DNA of 64,000 nt from an uncultured Gemmatimonadaceae bacterium (GCA_963829055.1 CAWHHI010000016.1:608001-672000); one strand, 5' to 3'; positions 33,971 through 44,577 are shown, numbered from the stretch's first letter. Translations and numbers: made by a program. The notes: generated by a model not told the origin, from the letters alone.

Positions 33971-34633
33971 ATGACAGCGGGTTTCGCGCGGCTGGCTGCG
34001 GAGCTGCTTCAACAAGTTAGCACCGCTCTGCCCGACACGATCTACACGAAGCAGGTGGGCGGGGAGCCTGGCGCGTTCGCGAAAGTCGCGAGCGTCGCGC
34101 AAGGCTTGATGACGATCGCCATTCTGATACTGACGGTCGTTCTCGTACCGGCAGCGTGGAACTTTCGGAGCAGCTACAAACGCGTCAACGAACTGATCGA
34201 CCGGTTCTATGGGGACATCGGTCCGCTGGTGCGAAACGCGAACGGGATTGCCGACAACGTCAATTACATCACGACGGCCATCCGCGTTGACGTGCAGCAG
34301 TTCAATCAGACGGTCGCGCTGGCGAACGAGCGGCTGACGACGGCCGTGAAGACCGCGGAGCTGCGGTTGAACGAACTCGACGCGCTCATGCGGGTGATAC
34401 AGCGGGAAGCGGAGGACACGTTCGTGTCCACCGCATCGACGCTGCGCGGTATGCGAGCCGGTGCAACGACGCTTCGCGATCAGGTGGCAGAGGGCACGAT
34501 TGCGGAGGCGGACGAGTTCGAAGACGATGACGCGCTCTATGAGCGAGAGGAGAGCCATGGCGACGACGGTGAGACCGAGAGTGAATGGCACGAACGACCG
34601 CGTGTCCGACCGCGGACGAGCGACCGAGCGTGA
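33971..34633 (+). CDS. Membrane-anchored coiled-coil protein (DUF948/YoxC-like)
   Basis: One transmembrane segment (IAILILTVVLVPAAW), a long amphipathic helical region and an acidic tail. Confidence 0.7.
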   Translation: MTAGFARLAAELLQQVSTALPDTIYTKQVGGEPGAFAKVASVAQGLMTIAILILTVVLVPAAWNFRSSYKRVNELIDRFYGDIGPLVRNANGIADNVNYITTAIRVDVQQFNQTVALANERLTTAVKTAELRLNELDALMRVIQREAEDTFVSTASTLRGMRAGATTLRDQVAEGTIAEADEFEDDDALYEREESHGDDGETESEWHERPRVRPRTSDRA

Positions 34634-34988
34634 CCAACAGTACGACCTGCTGACGGCGGCGGTCCTTGGTGCCGTGATCGGCGCGGGCGCCGCACTGCTG
34701 CTGCGCCGCGGCCCGAGTGGCCGTCGTCCCATCTCGCCTCTCGCGGGCGTGGCCGGCGGTGCCGCCGCGGGCGCCGCGAAATGGGCTGGCAAGCGCGGGC
34801 GACAGGGTGCGCGCTGGGCCGCGAAGCGCAGCGGCGAGGCGTGGGATCGCGTGCCGGTCGATACCATCCGCGAAGAGATCGGCGATGCGATCAACACCGC
34901 GCGCGAGACCGTCGCCGACGTCGTCGAGTCGGAGCTCCGTGATCTGCGCAAGGCCATTCGTCGGCAACGCAAACGGCTCGGCGTATAG
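34557..34988 (+). CDS. YtxH-like small membrane-anchored protein
   Basis: LGAVIGAGAALLL...PSG, the YtxH-type N-terminal pattern, followed by a helical C-terminus; RBS GAGGAG before ATG 34557. Confidence 0.65.
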   Translation: MATTVRPRVNGTNDRVSDRGRATERDQQYDLLTAAVLGAVIGAGAALLLRRGPSGRRPISPLAGVAGGAAAGAAKWAGKRGRQGARWAAKRSGEAWDRVPVDTIREEIGDAINTARETVADVVESELRDLRKAIRRQRKRLGV

Positions 34989-34993
34989 CACCT

Positions 34994-35956
34994 GTGAGCG
35001 TGACGCGCAGCCCGACGGGCTGGCGCTCTACGACAGTGTTCGTGCTGGGCGCGGTCGTGATCGCGATTATCGTGATCGCGCTGTCGCCCAGCGCCGCGTT
35101 CGCATGGACGCCGGGCACGCACGTTTTCCTGGGTGAGGCCGTACTGCGGTCCCTCCCACTCCTGCCCTCGGCCGTTGGTGACCTGCTGTCGGCGTTCCCG
35201 TACGACTTTCTGTACGGGTCGATCGCCGCGGACACGAGCATCGCGAAGAAGTACGCGGCAGCCGGCCGACATTGTCACGCCTGGAACATCGGACTCGAGA
35301 TCCGCGAGCAGGCGCGCGACGAACCGCTGCATGCGTTCGCGCTCGGGTATCTCGCCCATCTCGCCGCCGACGCGGTCGCGCACAACTACTTCGTCCCGCG
35401 CCAGCTCGCGACGACGTCGAGCACCTCAGCGCTCGGTCACAGCTACTGGGAAAGTCGCTTCGAGACGCATCTGGGAGAGCGCTTCGCGCGGCGCGCGCGC
35501 GAGCTGATTCTGCTCGACCACGCGCGCTCCGACGCGCACCTGGATCGCATTCTGAGCCCCACGATCTTCAGCACGCCGACCAATCGTCGGATCTTTCGCG
35601 GCATGGTCTACGTCACGGACACCGAGTCGTGGCAGCGCATCTTCCAGCTCATGTCGGAGAAGAGCCGGTGGGATCTTCCGGATGCGGACGTGGGCGCGTA
35701 CATGACGCGCTCGTTCGACTTCATCGTAGACTTCCTGCGCCGGATCGAGGGCTCGGAGCCGTACCTGCTCGACCCGTCCGGCGAAACACCGCTGCGGCTG
35801 GCGAAGCGCGTTAGGCGGGCTGCGCTGCGCCAGGGCGGCGAGGAGCTCGTGACGAGCGAAGCACAGCGGCACTTCGGCCTTCCTGAATCGAAATTGCGGT
35901 TCGCGGTGGAGCTCCCCTCCCCGCTCTATCCGCTGGCGCGCGCCGCCAGCAACTGA
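34994..35956 (+). CDS. Zinc-dependent phospholipase C family protein
   Basis: Signal peptide, then W-T-P-G-T-H, GSIAAD, HCH, GYLAHLAADAVAHNYFVP and HSYWE. Confidence 0.8.
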   Translation: MSVTRSPTGWRSTTVFVLGAVVIAIIVIALSPSAAFAWTPGTHVFLGEAVLRSLPLLPSAVGDLLSAFPYDFLYGSIAADTSIAKKYAAAGRHCHAWNIGLEIREQARDEPLHAFALGYLAHLAADAVAHNYFVPRQLATTSSTSALGHSYWESRFETHLGERFARRARELILLDHARSDAHLDRILSPTIFSTPTNRRIFRGMVYVTDTESWQRIFQLMSEKSRWDLPDADVGAYMTRSFDFIVDFLRRIEGSEPYLLDPSGETPLRLAKRVRRAALRQGGEELVTSEAQRHFGLPESKLRFAVELPSPLYPLARAASN

Positions 35957-37395
35957 TTCACCTTCTTCGGGTCCGCGCGGCCACCCGACTTCTTCATGAC
36001 CGCGCCGACGAACACACCGAGCAGCTTCTTCTCGCCACCCACGTAGCGCTGCCATTCGGCCGACTGGGCCGTGATGACTTCGTCGACCCACGTCGCGAGC
36101 TGCGTCTCGTCGCCGACCTGTGCCAACCCCTCGCGCTCCGCGATCTGCTCGGGCCGGTCACCGCTCTGCGTCATGAGAGCAAAAATGCGCTTTGCCGCTG
36201 TATGACTGACGGCGCCATCGCGTACCATGTCCAGCAACTTTGCCAGATCGGCGGGGCGCACCACGAACCGTTCGATGGTGAGACCGGCGTTCTTGAGCGC
36301 GGCCAACACCTCGCCCATGACCCAGTTCGCCGCGGCTTTCGAGTCGCCGTGCGCGCGGGCCACTGACTCGAAATACTCCGAAACGCGCGGGCTCGCCGTC
36401 AGCACGTCAACGTCGTACGCGCTCAGGCGATACTCGTCGGCGAAGCGTCGGCGGCGCGCGTCGGGCAGCTCCGGCAGGCGTCCGCGAATCCGCTCGATCC
36501 AGTCCTTCGTCAAGCGAAGTGGCGGCAGATCGGGATCGGGGAAGTACCGATAGTCGTGGCTTCCCTCCTTCGTCCTCGCCGGTCTGACGGTTCCGCGGTC
36601 GGCGTCCCAGAGCAGCGTCTGCTGCTCGACTCGCCCGTGCGCGTCGAGGATGGCGGCCTGGCGCGCGAACTCCGCGTCGAGCGCGCGCTCGACGCCCGAG
36701 AACGAGTTCATGTTCTTGACCTCCGTCTTCGTGCCCAGCTTCGTCGCGCCGCGTTCGCGGATGCTGATGTTCGCGTCCACGCGAAGGCTGCCCTCCTCCA
36801 TGTTCAAGTCGCTGACATCGACGTACTCGAGCAACTGCCGGAGCAGTCGAAGGTACGAACCCGCTTCGGCGCTCGACCGAATATCCGGCTCGCTCACGAT
36901 CTCGATGAGCGGAACTCCGGCGCGATTCAGGTCGATCGCGGTCGCCGCCGCGAATCGATCATGGATGGACTTGCCGGCGTCCTCCTCCATGTGCACGCGC
37001 GTGATGCCAATGCGGATGGCCGAGCCGTTCGCTTGCTCGCCGATGATGAGTGAGCCTTCGGTCGCGAGCGGCTTGTCGAACTGCGAGATCTGGTAGCCCT
37101 TGGGCAAGTCCGGATAGAAGTAGTTCTTGCGTGCGAAGATCGACTCCTCCTGGACCTTCGCACCTAACGCCAACGCCGCTCGGCTCGCCAGCTCGACGGC
37201 GGCCTCATTCAGGACCGGGAGACTGCCGGGCAGCGCGAGACACACGGGACAGGTGTTCCGATTCGGCGGCTCGCCAAACTGTGCGGAGCAGTTGCAGAAC
37301 AGCTTCGTCCGCGTGCGGAGCTGAACGTGGACCTCGAGCCCTACGACCATCTCGTACCGCGATGTAACGGCGGTCTGTGTCGTGGTGTCGGTCAC
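35926..37395 (-). CDS. gatB: Asp/Glu-tRNA amidotransferase subunit B
   Basis: Motifs GLEVHVQL, RKNYFYPDLPKGYQISQF, HMEEDAGK and DYRYFPDPDL. Confidence 0.99.
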   Translation of the reverse strand: MTDTTTQTAVTSRYEMVVGLEVHVQLRTRTKLFCNCSAQFGEPPNRNTCPVCLALPGSLPVLNEAAVELASRAALALGAKVQEESIFARKNYFYPDLPKGYQISQFDKPLATEGSLIIGEQANGSAIRIGITRVHMEEDAGKSIHDRFAAATAIDLNRAGVPLIEIVSEPDIRSSAEAGSYLRLLRQLLEYVDVSDLNMEEGSLRVDANISIRERGATKLGTKTEVKNMNSFSGVERALDAEFARQAAILDAHGRVEQQTLLWDADRGTVRPARTKEGSHDYRYFPDPDLPPLRLTKDWIERIRGRLPELPDARRRRFADEYRLSAYDVDVLTASPRVSEYFESVARAHGDSKAAANWVMGEVLAALKNAGLTIERFVVRPADLAKLLDMVRDGAVSHTAAKRIFALMTQSGDRPEQIAEREGLAQVGDETQLATWVDEVITAQSAEWQRYVGGEKKLLGVFVGAVMKKSGGRADPKKVNQLLAARASG

Positions 37396-38846
37396 TGGTG
37401 CGCGTCCTCGCCTAACGCCCTCTCGATGGCATACGCGACTCGGAACATTGTCAGCTCGTCGAAGTGCTTCGCCATGACCTGTCCGCCGATCGGCAGCCGG
37501 TCCACGCGCCCGACGGGCACGGACATGGCCGGAATGCCCGCCAGATTCGCCGTAACCGTGAAGATGTCGCTCAGATACATCTCGTACGGGTCGGACCGCG
37601 AACCGAGCGGGAATGCCGGCGTGGGGGCAGTCGGAGTAAACAGCACGTGCACGCCAGAATCGAAGACGCGTCGGAAATCCGTGGCGATGAGACCGCGGAC
37701 TTCCTGCGCTTTCTTGTAGTACGCGTCGTAGTAGCCCGCCGAGAGGACGTACGTGCCCAGCAGGATGCGGCGCGTGACTTCAGGACCGAAGCCGTTGGAG
37801 CGGGTCCGCTCGTACATCTCGCGCAGCGCAGGGGTCTGCGCGCGCGGGCCGTAGCGAACGCCATCGAAGCGAGCGAGGTTCGATGACGCTTCCGCCGGCG
37901 CGATGATGTAGTACGTGGGAATGGCGAGGTCGGTATGCGGCAACGAGACATCGCGGACCGTCGCGCCGAGGTGCCGCAACGAATCGAGCGTCGCATCGCA
38001 GCGTTCGCGCACGCGGGGATCCAGCGACTCCGGGAAGTACTCGCGCGGACGCCCGATCACCACCCCCGTTAGGCTCTCGGTGGCCAGCGAGCGGTAGTCA
38101 TCGACCGGCACGTCAGCGCTTGTCGAGTCGAACCGATCGCGTCCGGCGATGGCGGCAAGTCCGATCGCCGCATCGTCAACGGTGCGGCCGAACACCCCGA
38201 CCTGGTCGAGCGACGACGCGAATGCCACCAGCCCATACCGGCTCACGCGACCGTACGTCGGCTTGACACCAACGACGCCGCAGAACGCTGCCGGCTGCCG
38301 TACGGAGCCGCCCGTCTCGGAGCCGAGTGCGACGCGCACGATGCCGGACGCCACGCACGCCGCGGATCCGCCAGACGATCCACCCGGCACTCGCGTCGGG
38401 TCGAGCGGGTTCCGCGCCGGACCGTAGGCCGAGTTTTCGTTCGACGATCCCATCGCGAACTCGTCCATGTTCGTCTTCGCGACGACGATCGCGCCGGCCG
38501 ACCGCAGACGACTGACGACGGTCGCCTCGTACGGGCTGACATAGCCTTCGAGGACGCGCGACCCGCACGTCGTCGGCATGGTCAGCGTCGCGAGGTTGTC
38601 CTTCACTACTACTGGAACGCCAGCCAGTGGGCCCGGGCGATTCCCCTCCCGGTGCAGCTGGGCGACCTGTGTGGCGTCGCCTAACGCCGCCTCGCGGTCG
38701 TGCGCGAGGATCGCATTCAGCCCGTCGGCGCCCGCACGAACCTCGGTGGCGCGAGCGAACGCTTGCTCCACCGCGTCGGTGGGAGCAGCTGTCCCCTCTG
38801 CGTGTCGCCGCGCGAGCTCAGCGACGGAGAGCGCGGCGGCGCTCAT
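37392..38846 (-). CDS. gatA: Asp/Glu-tRNA amidotransferase subunit A
   Basis: Motifs KTNMDEFAMGSS, PGGSSGGSA, GSETGGSVRQPA and RRILLGTYVLSAGYYDAYY. Confidence 0.99.
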   Translation of the reverse strand: MSAAALSVAELARRHAEGTAAPTDAVEQAFARATEVRAGADGLNAILAHDREAALGDATQVAQLHREGNRPGPLAGVPVVVKDNLATLTMPTTCGSRVLEGYVSPYEATVVSRLRSAGAIVVAKTNMDEFAMGSSNENSAYGPARNPLDPTRVPGGSSGGSAACVASGIVRVALGSETGGSVRQPAAFCGVVGVKPTYGRVSRYGLVAFASSLDQVGVFGRTVDDAAIGLAAIAGRDRFDSTSADVPVDDYRSLATESLTGVVIGRPREYFPESLDPRVRERCDATLDSLRHLGATVRDVSLPHTDLAIPTYYIIAPAEASSNLARFDGVRYGPRAQTPALREMYERTRSNGFGPEVTRRILLGTYVLSAGYYDAYYKKAQEVRGLIATDFRRVFDSGVHVLFTPTAPTPAFPLGSRSDPYEMYLSDIFTVTANLAGIPAMSVPVGRVDRLPIGGQVMAKHFDELTMFRVAYAIERALGEDAHQ

Positions 38847-39157
38847 GCCGACTCCGCGTCGGCATCCTCATGGGTCGCCAGACGAGGCACGAGGAAGAAT
38901 CCGTCACGCATGGCGGGCGCAAACGCGTCACGCGGCCGGGCCAGCGGGTACTGATTCCCTCCGTCCACACGCAACGGTGTCCCTGCCGCCCCAACGCCAG
39001 TGACAGGCGCCACGGCCGACGTGTCCACCTTGGACAGTACATCCATGTGCGCGAGGATGCCGTTGAGCTCCGCGGCGATGGTCGGGATACGCGCCGGGTC
39101 CAACCCGAGACGCGCGAGTGCCGCGACGTGCCTCACTTCGTCTTCGCTGACGGCCAC
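38843..39157 (-). CDS. gatC: Asp/Glu-tRNA amidotransferase subunit C
   Basis: Motifs EVRHVAALARL and GFFLVPR. GTG overlaps the pcrA stop. Confidence 0.93.
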   Translation of the reverse strand: MAVSEDEVRHVAALARLGLDPARIPTIAAELNGILAHMDVLSKVDTSAVAPVTGVGAAGTPLRVDGGNQYPLARPRDAFAPAMRDGFFLVPRLATHEDADAESA

Positions 39158-41430
39158 TAGTCCCATCCTCGCTCGAGGCCGGCGTATGCGACGACGAGGC
39201 GCTTGCGACCCACGGACTCGTCGTCGAAATCGACGGTGACCTTCGTGTCGCGCCCGACGCCCGACAGCTCGGATATCGTGCCGGAGCCGAAGCGACCGTG
39301 CCGCACGCGCTCGCCCTTGACGAACCGGGGTGAGTCCTGCGACGCCTCGACTTCGGTGTCAGCGCCGTACGACACCCGAGCCCCGGGCCGTCGCACGGCC
39401 GCGGACTGGTGCGGCATCACGCTGCGGCCCGTCGCCCGGAGCTTGAGCGTCGAACGCTCCTCGAGCATGCCGGGAGGAATCACCGCGAGGAAGCTCGACG
39501 GGATGGACGGCATCTGCTCGCCATTCCGGCGTCGCGACCGTGCGTGCGTGATGTAGAGCTTCTGCTCGGCGCGCGTGATCCCGACGTAGAACAGCCGCCG
39601 CTCCTCCTCGAGCATCGGAGGGTCGTCGAAGGCGCGTGCGAGCGGAAAGAGCCCGTCCTCCATGCCGGCGATGAACACGACCGGGAATTCCAGTCCCTTC
39701 GCGTTATGCATCGTCATCATCGTGACGGCATCCGCGTTCGGATCCAGTGCATCGACCCCCGTCACGAGAGTCGAGCGCTGCAGGAAATGGTCGAGCGGCG
39801 TGAGACCGACCTCTCCGCCGTCATCAGCGACGACTTCGGCCGCGCTGGCGACGAGCTCGCGAACGTTGTCGAGGCGGTCCTGCGCGTCGGGCTCGGCGCG
39901 GAGGTGATCGCCGTATCGAATGGCGTCGATGAGGTCGCGCAACACTTCGTCGACAGCCGACTCACGCGCCATCTCACGCATACGGCCCATCAAGGACGCG
40001 AATTCCGCCAGCGTCGCGCGAGCCGCGGGTCGAAGCGACGAAAGCAGATCCGGTCGTACTGACGCCGCGAGCAGCGGGATTCCCTCGGCGCGTGCGGCCG
40101 CGGCGAGCGCATCGATGCTCGTTTCGCCGACACCGCGCTTGGGCGCCGCAATGGCGCGGCGGAACGCCTCGTCGTCGTTAGGGTTCGCGATGAGCTTGAG
40201 GTAGCCCATGAGGTCGCGGATCTCGCGCCGGTCGTAGAAGCGCACCGCGCCAACGAGGCGATAGGCGAAGCCGCGTCGCCGGAGCGATTCCTCGAGCGAA
40301 CGACTCTGCGCGTTCGTCCTGTACAGCACCGCGAAATCGCGAAGCGTGAGACCACCGCCAAGCGCGTGACCCGGCTGACGGGCCGCGGGCGAGCCTCGGC
40401 GTGCGGCAATCTCCTCGACAATGAAATCGGCTTCATCGCGATCGTCGAGCGCGCCGACGACCGTCGCTCGTTCGCCGCCGGGCCGCGTGGAGCGGAGCGT
40501 CTTGCCACGCCGCTCGGTGTTCGCGCTGATGGCGACGTTCGCCAGTTCCAGGATCTGCGGCGTCGACCGGTAGTTTTCCTCGAGCCTAACGACTTTCGCG
40601 TTCGGAAAATCCTTCTCGAAGTCGAGGATGTTCCGGATGTCGGCGCCGCGCCAACCGTAAATGGACTGGTCATCGTCACCGACGACCATGACGTTCGCGT
40701 GCGCACCGCCGATCAACTTGATGAGGCGATACTGCGCGCGGTTCGTGTCCTGGTACTCGTCCACGAGAACGAAGCGAAAGCGATTGCTGTATTGCTCCTG
40801 CAGATGCGGGTTCTGCTCGAGAATGCGAACGGGGAGCACGAGCAGATCGTCGAACGTCACTGCATTCGCCTGACGCAGCGCTGCCTCGAGCTCCGCATAC
40901 ACCGGCGCCACGGCCTTGGTCCGAGGGTCCAGCGCGAGCGACTGATACTCCGTCGCGCTCACCAGCGCATTCTTCGCGTCAGAAATAGCGTCGAGGATCG
41001 AGCGCGGCGAATAGTCCTTCGCCGAAATCCGAAGCCGCTCCATGATGCGCTTGATGACGCCTGTCGCGTCATCCTCGTCGTAGATCGTGAAGCTCGGCGT
41101 TCGCCCGACGAGGTGCGCCGCCGAGCGCAGCATGCGCGCGCCGACGGAGTGGAAAGTGCCGCACCACATGCCCGCCGGTTCGGCACCAAGGAGGCGACCG
41201 ATCCGCTCCCGCATCTCGCCCGCGGCCTTGTTCGTGAACGTGACCGCGAGGATGTGCTTCGGGTCCACGCCGTGGTGTTCCACCAGATGCGCAATGCGCG
41301 TCGTGAGCACGCGCGTCTTCCCGGAGCCCGCGCCGGCAAGCACGAGCATCGCACCTTCGAAATGCAGCACTGCCTCGCGCTGCGCGGGATTGAGGCCGGC
41401 GAGCCAGTCTTGAGACAACGTCGTGGACAT
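39157..41430 (-). CDS. pcrA: ATP-dependent DNA helicase PcrA/UvrD
   Basis: Motifs LAGAGSGKT, TFTNKAA, VDEYQDTN, VGDDDQSIY, NYRST, HNAKGLEF and EEERRLFYVG, with a C-terminal Tudor-like domain. Confidence 0.97.
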   Translation of the reverse strand: MSTTLSQDWLAGLNPAQREAVLHFEGAMLVLAGAGSGKTRVLTTRIAHLVEHHGVDPKHILAVTFTNKAAGEMRERIGRLLGAEPAGMWCGTFHSVGARMLRSAAHLVGRTPSFTIYDEDDATGVIKRIMERLRISAKDYSPRSILDAISDAKNALVSATEYQSLALDPRTKAVAPVYAELEAALRQANAVTFDDLLVLPVRILEQNPHLQEQYSNRFRFVLVDEYQDTNRAQYRLIKLIGGAHANVMVVGDDDQSIYGWRGADIRNILDFEKDFPNAKVVRLEENYRSTPQILELANVAISANTERRGKTLRSTRPGGERATVVGALDDRDEADFIVEEIAARRGSPAARQPGHALGGGLTLRDFAVLYRTNAQSRSLEESLRRRGFAYRLVGAVRFYDRREIRDLMGYLKLIANPNDDEAFRRAIAAPKRGVGETSIDALAAAARAEGIPLLAASVRPDLLSSLRPAARATLAEFASLMGRMREMARESAVDEVLRDLIDAIRYGDHLRAEPDAQDRLDNVRELVASAAEVVADDGGEVGLTPLDHFLQRSTLVTGVDALDPNADAVTMMTMHNAKGLEFPVVFIAGMEDGLFPLARAFDDPPMLEEERRLFYVGITRAEQKLYITHARSRRRNGEQMPSIPSSFLAVIPPGMLEERSTLKLRATGRSVMPHQSAAVRRPGARVSYGADTEVEASQDSPRFVKGERVRHGRFGSGTISELSGVGRDTKVTVDFDDESVGRKRLVVAYAGLERGWD

Positions 41431-42599
41431 CAGTGCAAGATAACGTCGAAGGTCGCGCCCCGCGGCGCTGGAACGAGATGCAATGTGCCGCCGTGATTCT
41501 CCTGCACGATGCGACGCGCGAGGGAAAGTCCCACGCCCCACCCGTGATCCTTCGTCGAGAAGCCGGCGTCGAACACGCGTGTGCGAATGTCACGTGGAAC
41601 GCCAGGGCCATCGTCCGCGACGCGAATGCGAACGCCTTCAGGTACGCGAGCGGCAGTGATGTAGATACGGCCGCCGCGACCCGCGAGCGCGTCTACCGCG
41701 TTTTTTATCAGCGCCTCGAGCGCCCATTCGAGCAACACGGCATCGCCGTGAATGAGCAACGGTTCGTCTCCGCCTGACGCGGCGATCTCGACGGCGTGCG
41801 CAAGCGTGGGCACGCGGGCTCGAAAATATCCGCCGACATGTTCGACGAGCTGACGAACGTCGACGGGATCTTGCCGCGGCGGACGACCGATGCGCTCGAA
41901 GCGATGCGCGACGCGCTCGAGTCGATCGAGGTCACCGCGCATGTGTTCGATGGCCTTGCTCATGAGCGGATCGCCTGCGCGCTCTCCGAGCAGCTCGAGC
42001 CATCCGCTCAACGACGAGAGCGGCGTCCCGAGTTGATGCGCAGACTCGCGCGCCATGCCGGCCCAGACTTTCTCGCGGTCCGCTCGCTCGCGCGTCCGGA
42101 ACGCGTACAGTCCCGCGAGCAATAACAGCGCGAGCGTCCCGGCCTGCACGAGCGGAATGATGCGCAACCCGAACACGAGCGGCGTGTCGCCAATGTGGAC
42201 GGTGCCGACTCCCTGCTCCGCGATCGGCTCGTTCTCTCGATCGAGCTTCGCGATGTACCGGCGCAGCGCCTCGTTGCCCTGGAGGCGCGGATCGACACGA
42301 GTGCCTCCACTCGCCAGCTTGTCGAACGGCGTGTTCACCGCCGCGGCAAGGTTTCCGTCGGCGTCCGTGACGAGCACGGGGACTTTCGATTCCCCAATGG
42401 CGCGCGACATATCGAGCAACGCGGCGGAGGCGTCCGCACCGGGATCCGCGAGTGCTTCGTAGACGCGCGCGTAGAGGCGACCAGATCGCTCGGCCTCGTG
42501 TCGCAGTTCAGCGACGACGCTTTGCGTGTAGACAATGTACGAACCGAGGAGCAGGACGACTCCAACGGTGACGACGAAGAACGACGCGCCGCGGCGCAC
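41430..42599 (-). CDS. Membrane sensor histidine kinase (no adjacent response regulator)
   Basis: Two transmembrane segments; H-box ESAHQLGTPLS; N box (KNAVDA) and G boxes (DDGPG, GWGVGL). Confidence 0.93.
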   Translation of the reverse strand: MRRGASFFVVTVGVVLLLGSYIVYTQSVVAELRHEAERSGRLYARVYEALADPGADASAALLDMSRAIGESKVPVLVTDADGNLAAAVNTPFDKLASGGTRVDPRLQGNEALRRYIAKLDRENEPIAEQGVGTVHIGDTPLVFGLRIIPLVQAGTLALLLLAGLYAFRTRERADREKVWAGMARESAHQLGTPLSSLSGWLELLGERAGDPLMSKAIEHMRGDLDRLERVAHRFERIGRPPRQDPVDVRQLVEHVGGYFRARVPTLAHAVEIAASGGDEPLLIHGDAVLLEWALEALIKNAVDALAGRGGRIYITAARVPEGVRIRVADDGPGVPRDIRTRVFDAGFSTKDHGWGVGLSLARRIVQENHGGTLHLVPAPRGATFDVILH

Positions 42600-43874
42600 T
42601 CAGCGGATCGAGTCGACGCCGAGATACGGGCGCAGCACCTCGGGGACCGTGACGCTACCGTCAGGTTGCTGGTAGTGCTCGATGACGGACGCGATGATCC
42701 GCGGGAACGCGAGCCCGGACGCGTTCAGCGTGTGCACGAAGCGCGGCTTCTCGCCGGGCGCTGGGCGATAGCGGATGTTCGCGCGCCGCGCCTGAAAGTC
42801 GGTGAACGTGCTCGCCGACGACACCTCGAGCCATGTACCCACGCCGGGCGCGTATGTCTCGAGATCGTACGTCTTCGCGCTGGCGAACCCGGTGTCACCC
42901 GCGGCAAGCAGCTTTACGCGGTATGGCAATCCCAATCGCTCGAGCAACGTCGTCGCGTGGCGAGTCATCAGCTCGTGCTCCTGTGCCGACGACTCGGGCG
43001 TCGCATAGCGCACGAGCTCCACCTTATCGAACTCGTGCACGCGAAGCACACCACGCGTGTCCTTGCCGGCGGAACCGGCCTCGCGGCGGAAACATGGCGA
43101 GTAGGCGCAGAAGGCGCGCGGCAACTGCGCGCCCTCGATCATCTCGTCGCGATAGAGATTCGTGACGGGCACCTCGGCCGTCGGAATGAGGAACATGTCC
43201 TCATCCTTCAGCGCGTACATGTCATCCTCGAATTTCGGCAGCTGCGACGTACCGATCATGCTCGCGCGGTTCACGACGACCGGGACCCACACTTCCTCGT
43301 ATCCATGCTCGTCCGAATGGACGTCGAGGAACAGGTTCATGAGCGAGCGTACGAGACGTGCGCCGGCGCCTCGGTACACCACGAACCCGGAGCCGCTGAT
43401 CTTCGCACCGCGCGCGAGGTCGATGATGCCGAGCGCCTCGGCGATCTCCCAGTGTGGGCGAAGGCCGGGCTCCATCCGCGGCGTTCCCCACTCGCGCACG
43501 ATGACGTTGCACTCCTCGCCACCTGTCGGCACATCCGGAAGCGTGACGTTCGGGATCTCGAGCATGATGCGCTCGAGCTCCGACTCGTACGTCGCGAGCT
43601 CCGCCTCCAGACGGCTGATCTCTTCGCCCAGCGCTCGGCTCTGCGCAACGACGTCGTCGGCGTTCTCCTTCGCCTTCTTGCGACGCGCGACTTCCTGCGT
43701 CGCGGTGTTGCGTGCAGCCTTGCGCTCCTCGACCGCCTGGATGTTCAGGCGGCGGTCGCGGTCGAGCGCCTCGGCGCGATCGATGAGCGGACCGATCTGA
43801 TCGAGCTTGCCACGTCGTCGCATCCCGTCGCGAAGAACGTCGATCTGGTCACGCAGCGATTTCAGGTCGTGCAT
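42600..43874 (-). CDS. serS: Serine--tRNA ligase
   Basis: Motifs LIPTAEVP, CFRREAGSAGKDTRG, HEFDKVEL, EVSSAS and HTLNASG. Confidence 0.99.
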   Translation of the reverse strand: MHDLKSLRDQIDVLRDGMRRRGKLDQIGPLIDRAEALDRDRRLNIQAVEERKAARNTATQEVARRKKAKENADDVVAQSRALGEEISRLEAELATYESELERIMLEIPNVTLPDVPTGGEECNVIVREWGTPRMEPGLRPHWEIAEALGIIDLARGAKISGSGFVVYRGAGARLVRSLMNLFLDVHSDEHGYEEVWVPVVVNRASMIGTSQLPKFEDDMYALKDEDMFLIPTAEVPVTNLYRDEMIEGAQLPRAFCAYSPCFRREAGSAGKDTRGVLRVHEFDKVELVRYATPESSAQEHELMTRHATTLLERLGLPYRVKLLAAGDTGFASAKTYDLETYAPGVGTWLEVSSASTFTDFQARRANIRYRPAPGEKPRFVHTLNASGLAFPRIIASVIEHYQQPDGSVTVPEVLRPYLGVDSIR

Positions 43875-43883
43875 GGGGTGAGA

Positions 43884-44498
43884 TCAGTTCTTCGGAGTAA
43901 CGCCGGGCACGAGGGTCCGATACCCGCAATTCGGATCGTGCACGGCGCGGAAATACACCGCGCGTCGTGACGCGTCGATACTGTCGACAACGAACTTCGT
44001 GTAGAGGATCGTCGCAACGGAGAGCTGGCACTCGGCGGGGCTCTGCACCTGCATCACGAGTCCCTGCCCGGGCGTTACGACGAACGACGAGTCGAAGACG
44101 TAGTTGCCACTCGGCGCGAGCTCGAGTGCGTCGAACGGGATGGCGAACCGCTGCAGTCCCACCGGCTTGGCACCTGACGCACCGCCGCAGTTCAGCGCCG
44201 CGGCGACGCAGGGAATACCAACCAGTTTCTGCGGATAGACGACGACCCTCCGCGCGGCGTCGATATCGAACGCGACATCGAAGTTGAAGTTGCCGTCGGC
44301 ACGCGTGACGGCGCCCGACGACGCGAGGTACCCCGATGGGAAAGACGGGGACGTGCCGGTCAACGCGTATGCCGTCAGGGTGTCAGCAACTACAAGGCTG
44401 GGGGTGGCGCGCGCCTGGTTGGGGTCGCTACACGCGGAGATGCTGAATGCGAGCGCCGACGCCAGAGCTACGGACGAAACGAGCAGTCGAGACTTCAT
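43884..44498 (-). CDS. Hypothetical lipoprotein
   Basis: Signal peptide with a lipobox-like SISAC; beta-rich body with paired cysteines; C-terminal DPNCGYR. Confidence 0.75.
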   Translation of the reverse strand: MKSRLLVSSVALASALAFSISACSDPNQARATPSLVVADTLTAYALTGTSPSFPSGYLASSGAVTRADGNFNFDVAFDIDAARRVVVYPQKLVGIPCVAAALNCGGASGAKPVGLQRFAIPFDALELAPSGNYVFDSSFVVTPGQGLVMQVQSPAECQLSVATILYTKFVVDSIDASRRAVYFRAVHDPNCGYRTLVPGVTPKN

Positions 44499-44577
44499 GT
44501 CATTGCTGAGTGGAGCGAGCGAGCAGAAGGAGTCGAAGCATACCGCCTAACACAAGAGACTTCAAGCGATTGCTCGC

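Noticed and set aside
44526..44537. 12-bp match (GAAGGAGTCGAA) to the tRNA-Lys T-arm as a possible att site
   Set aside because: The match is too short, the intervening DNA is core genes, and no integrase is present.
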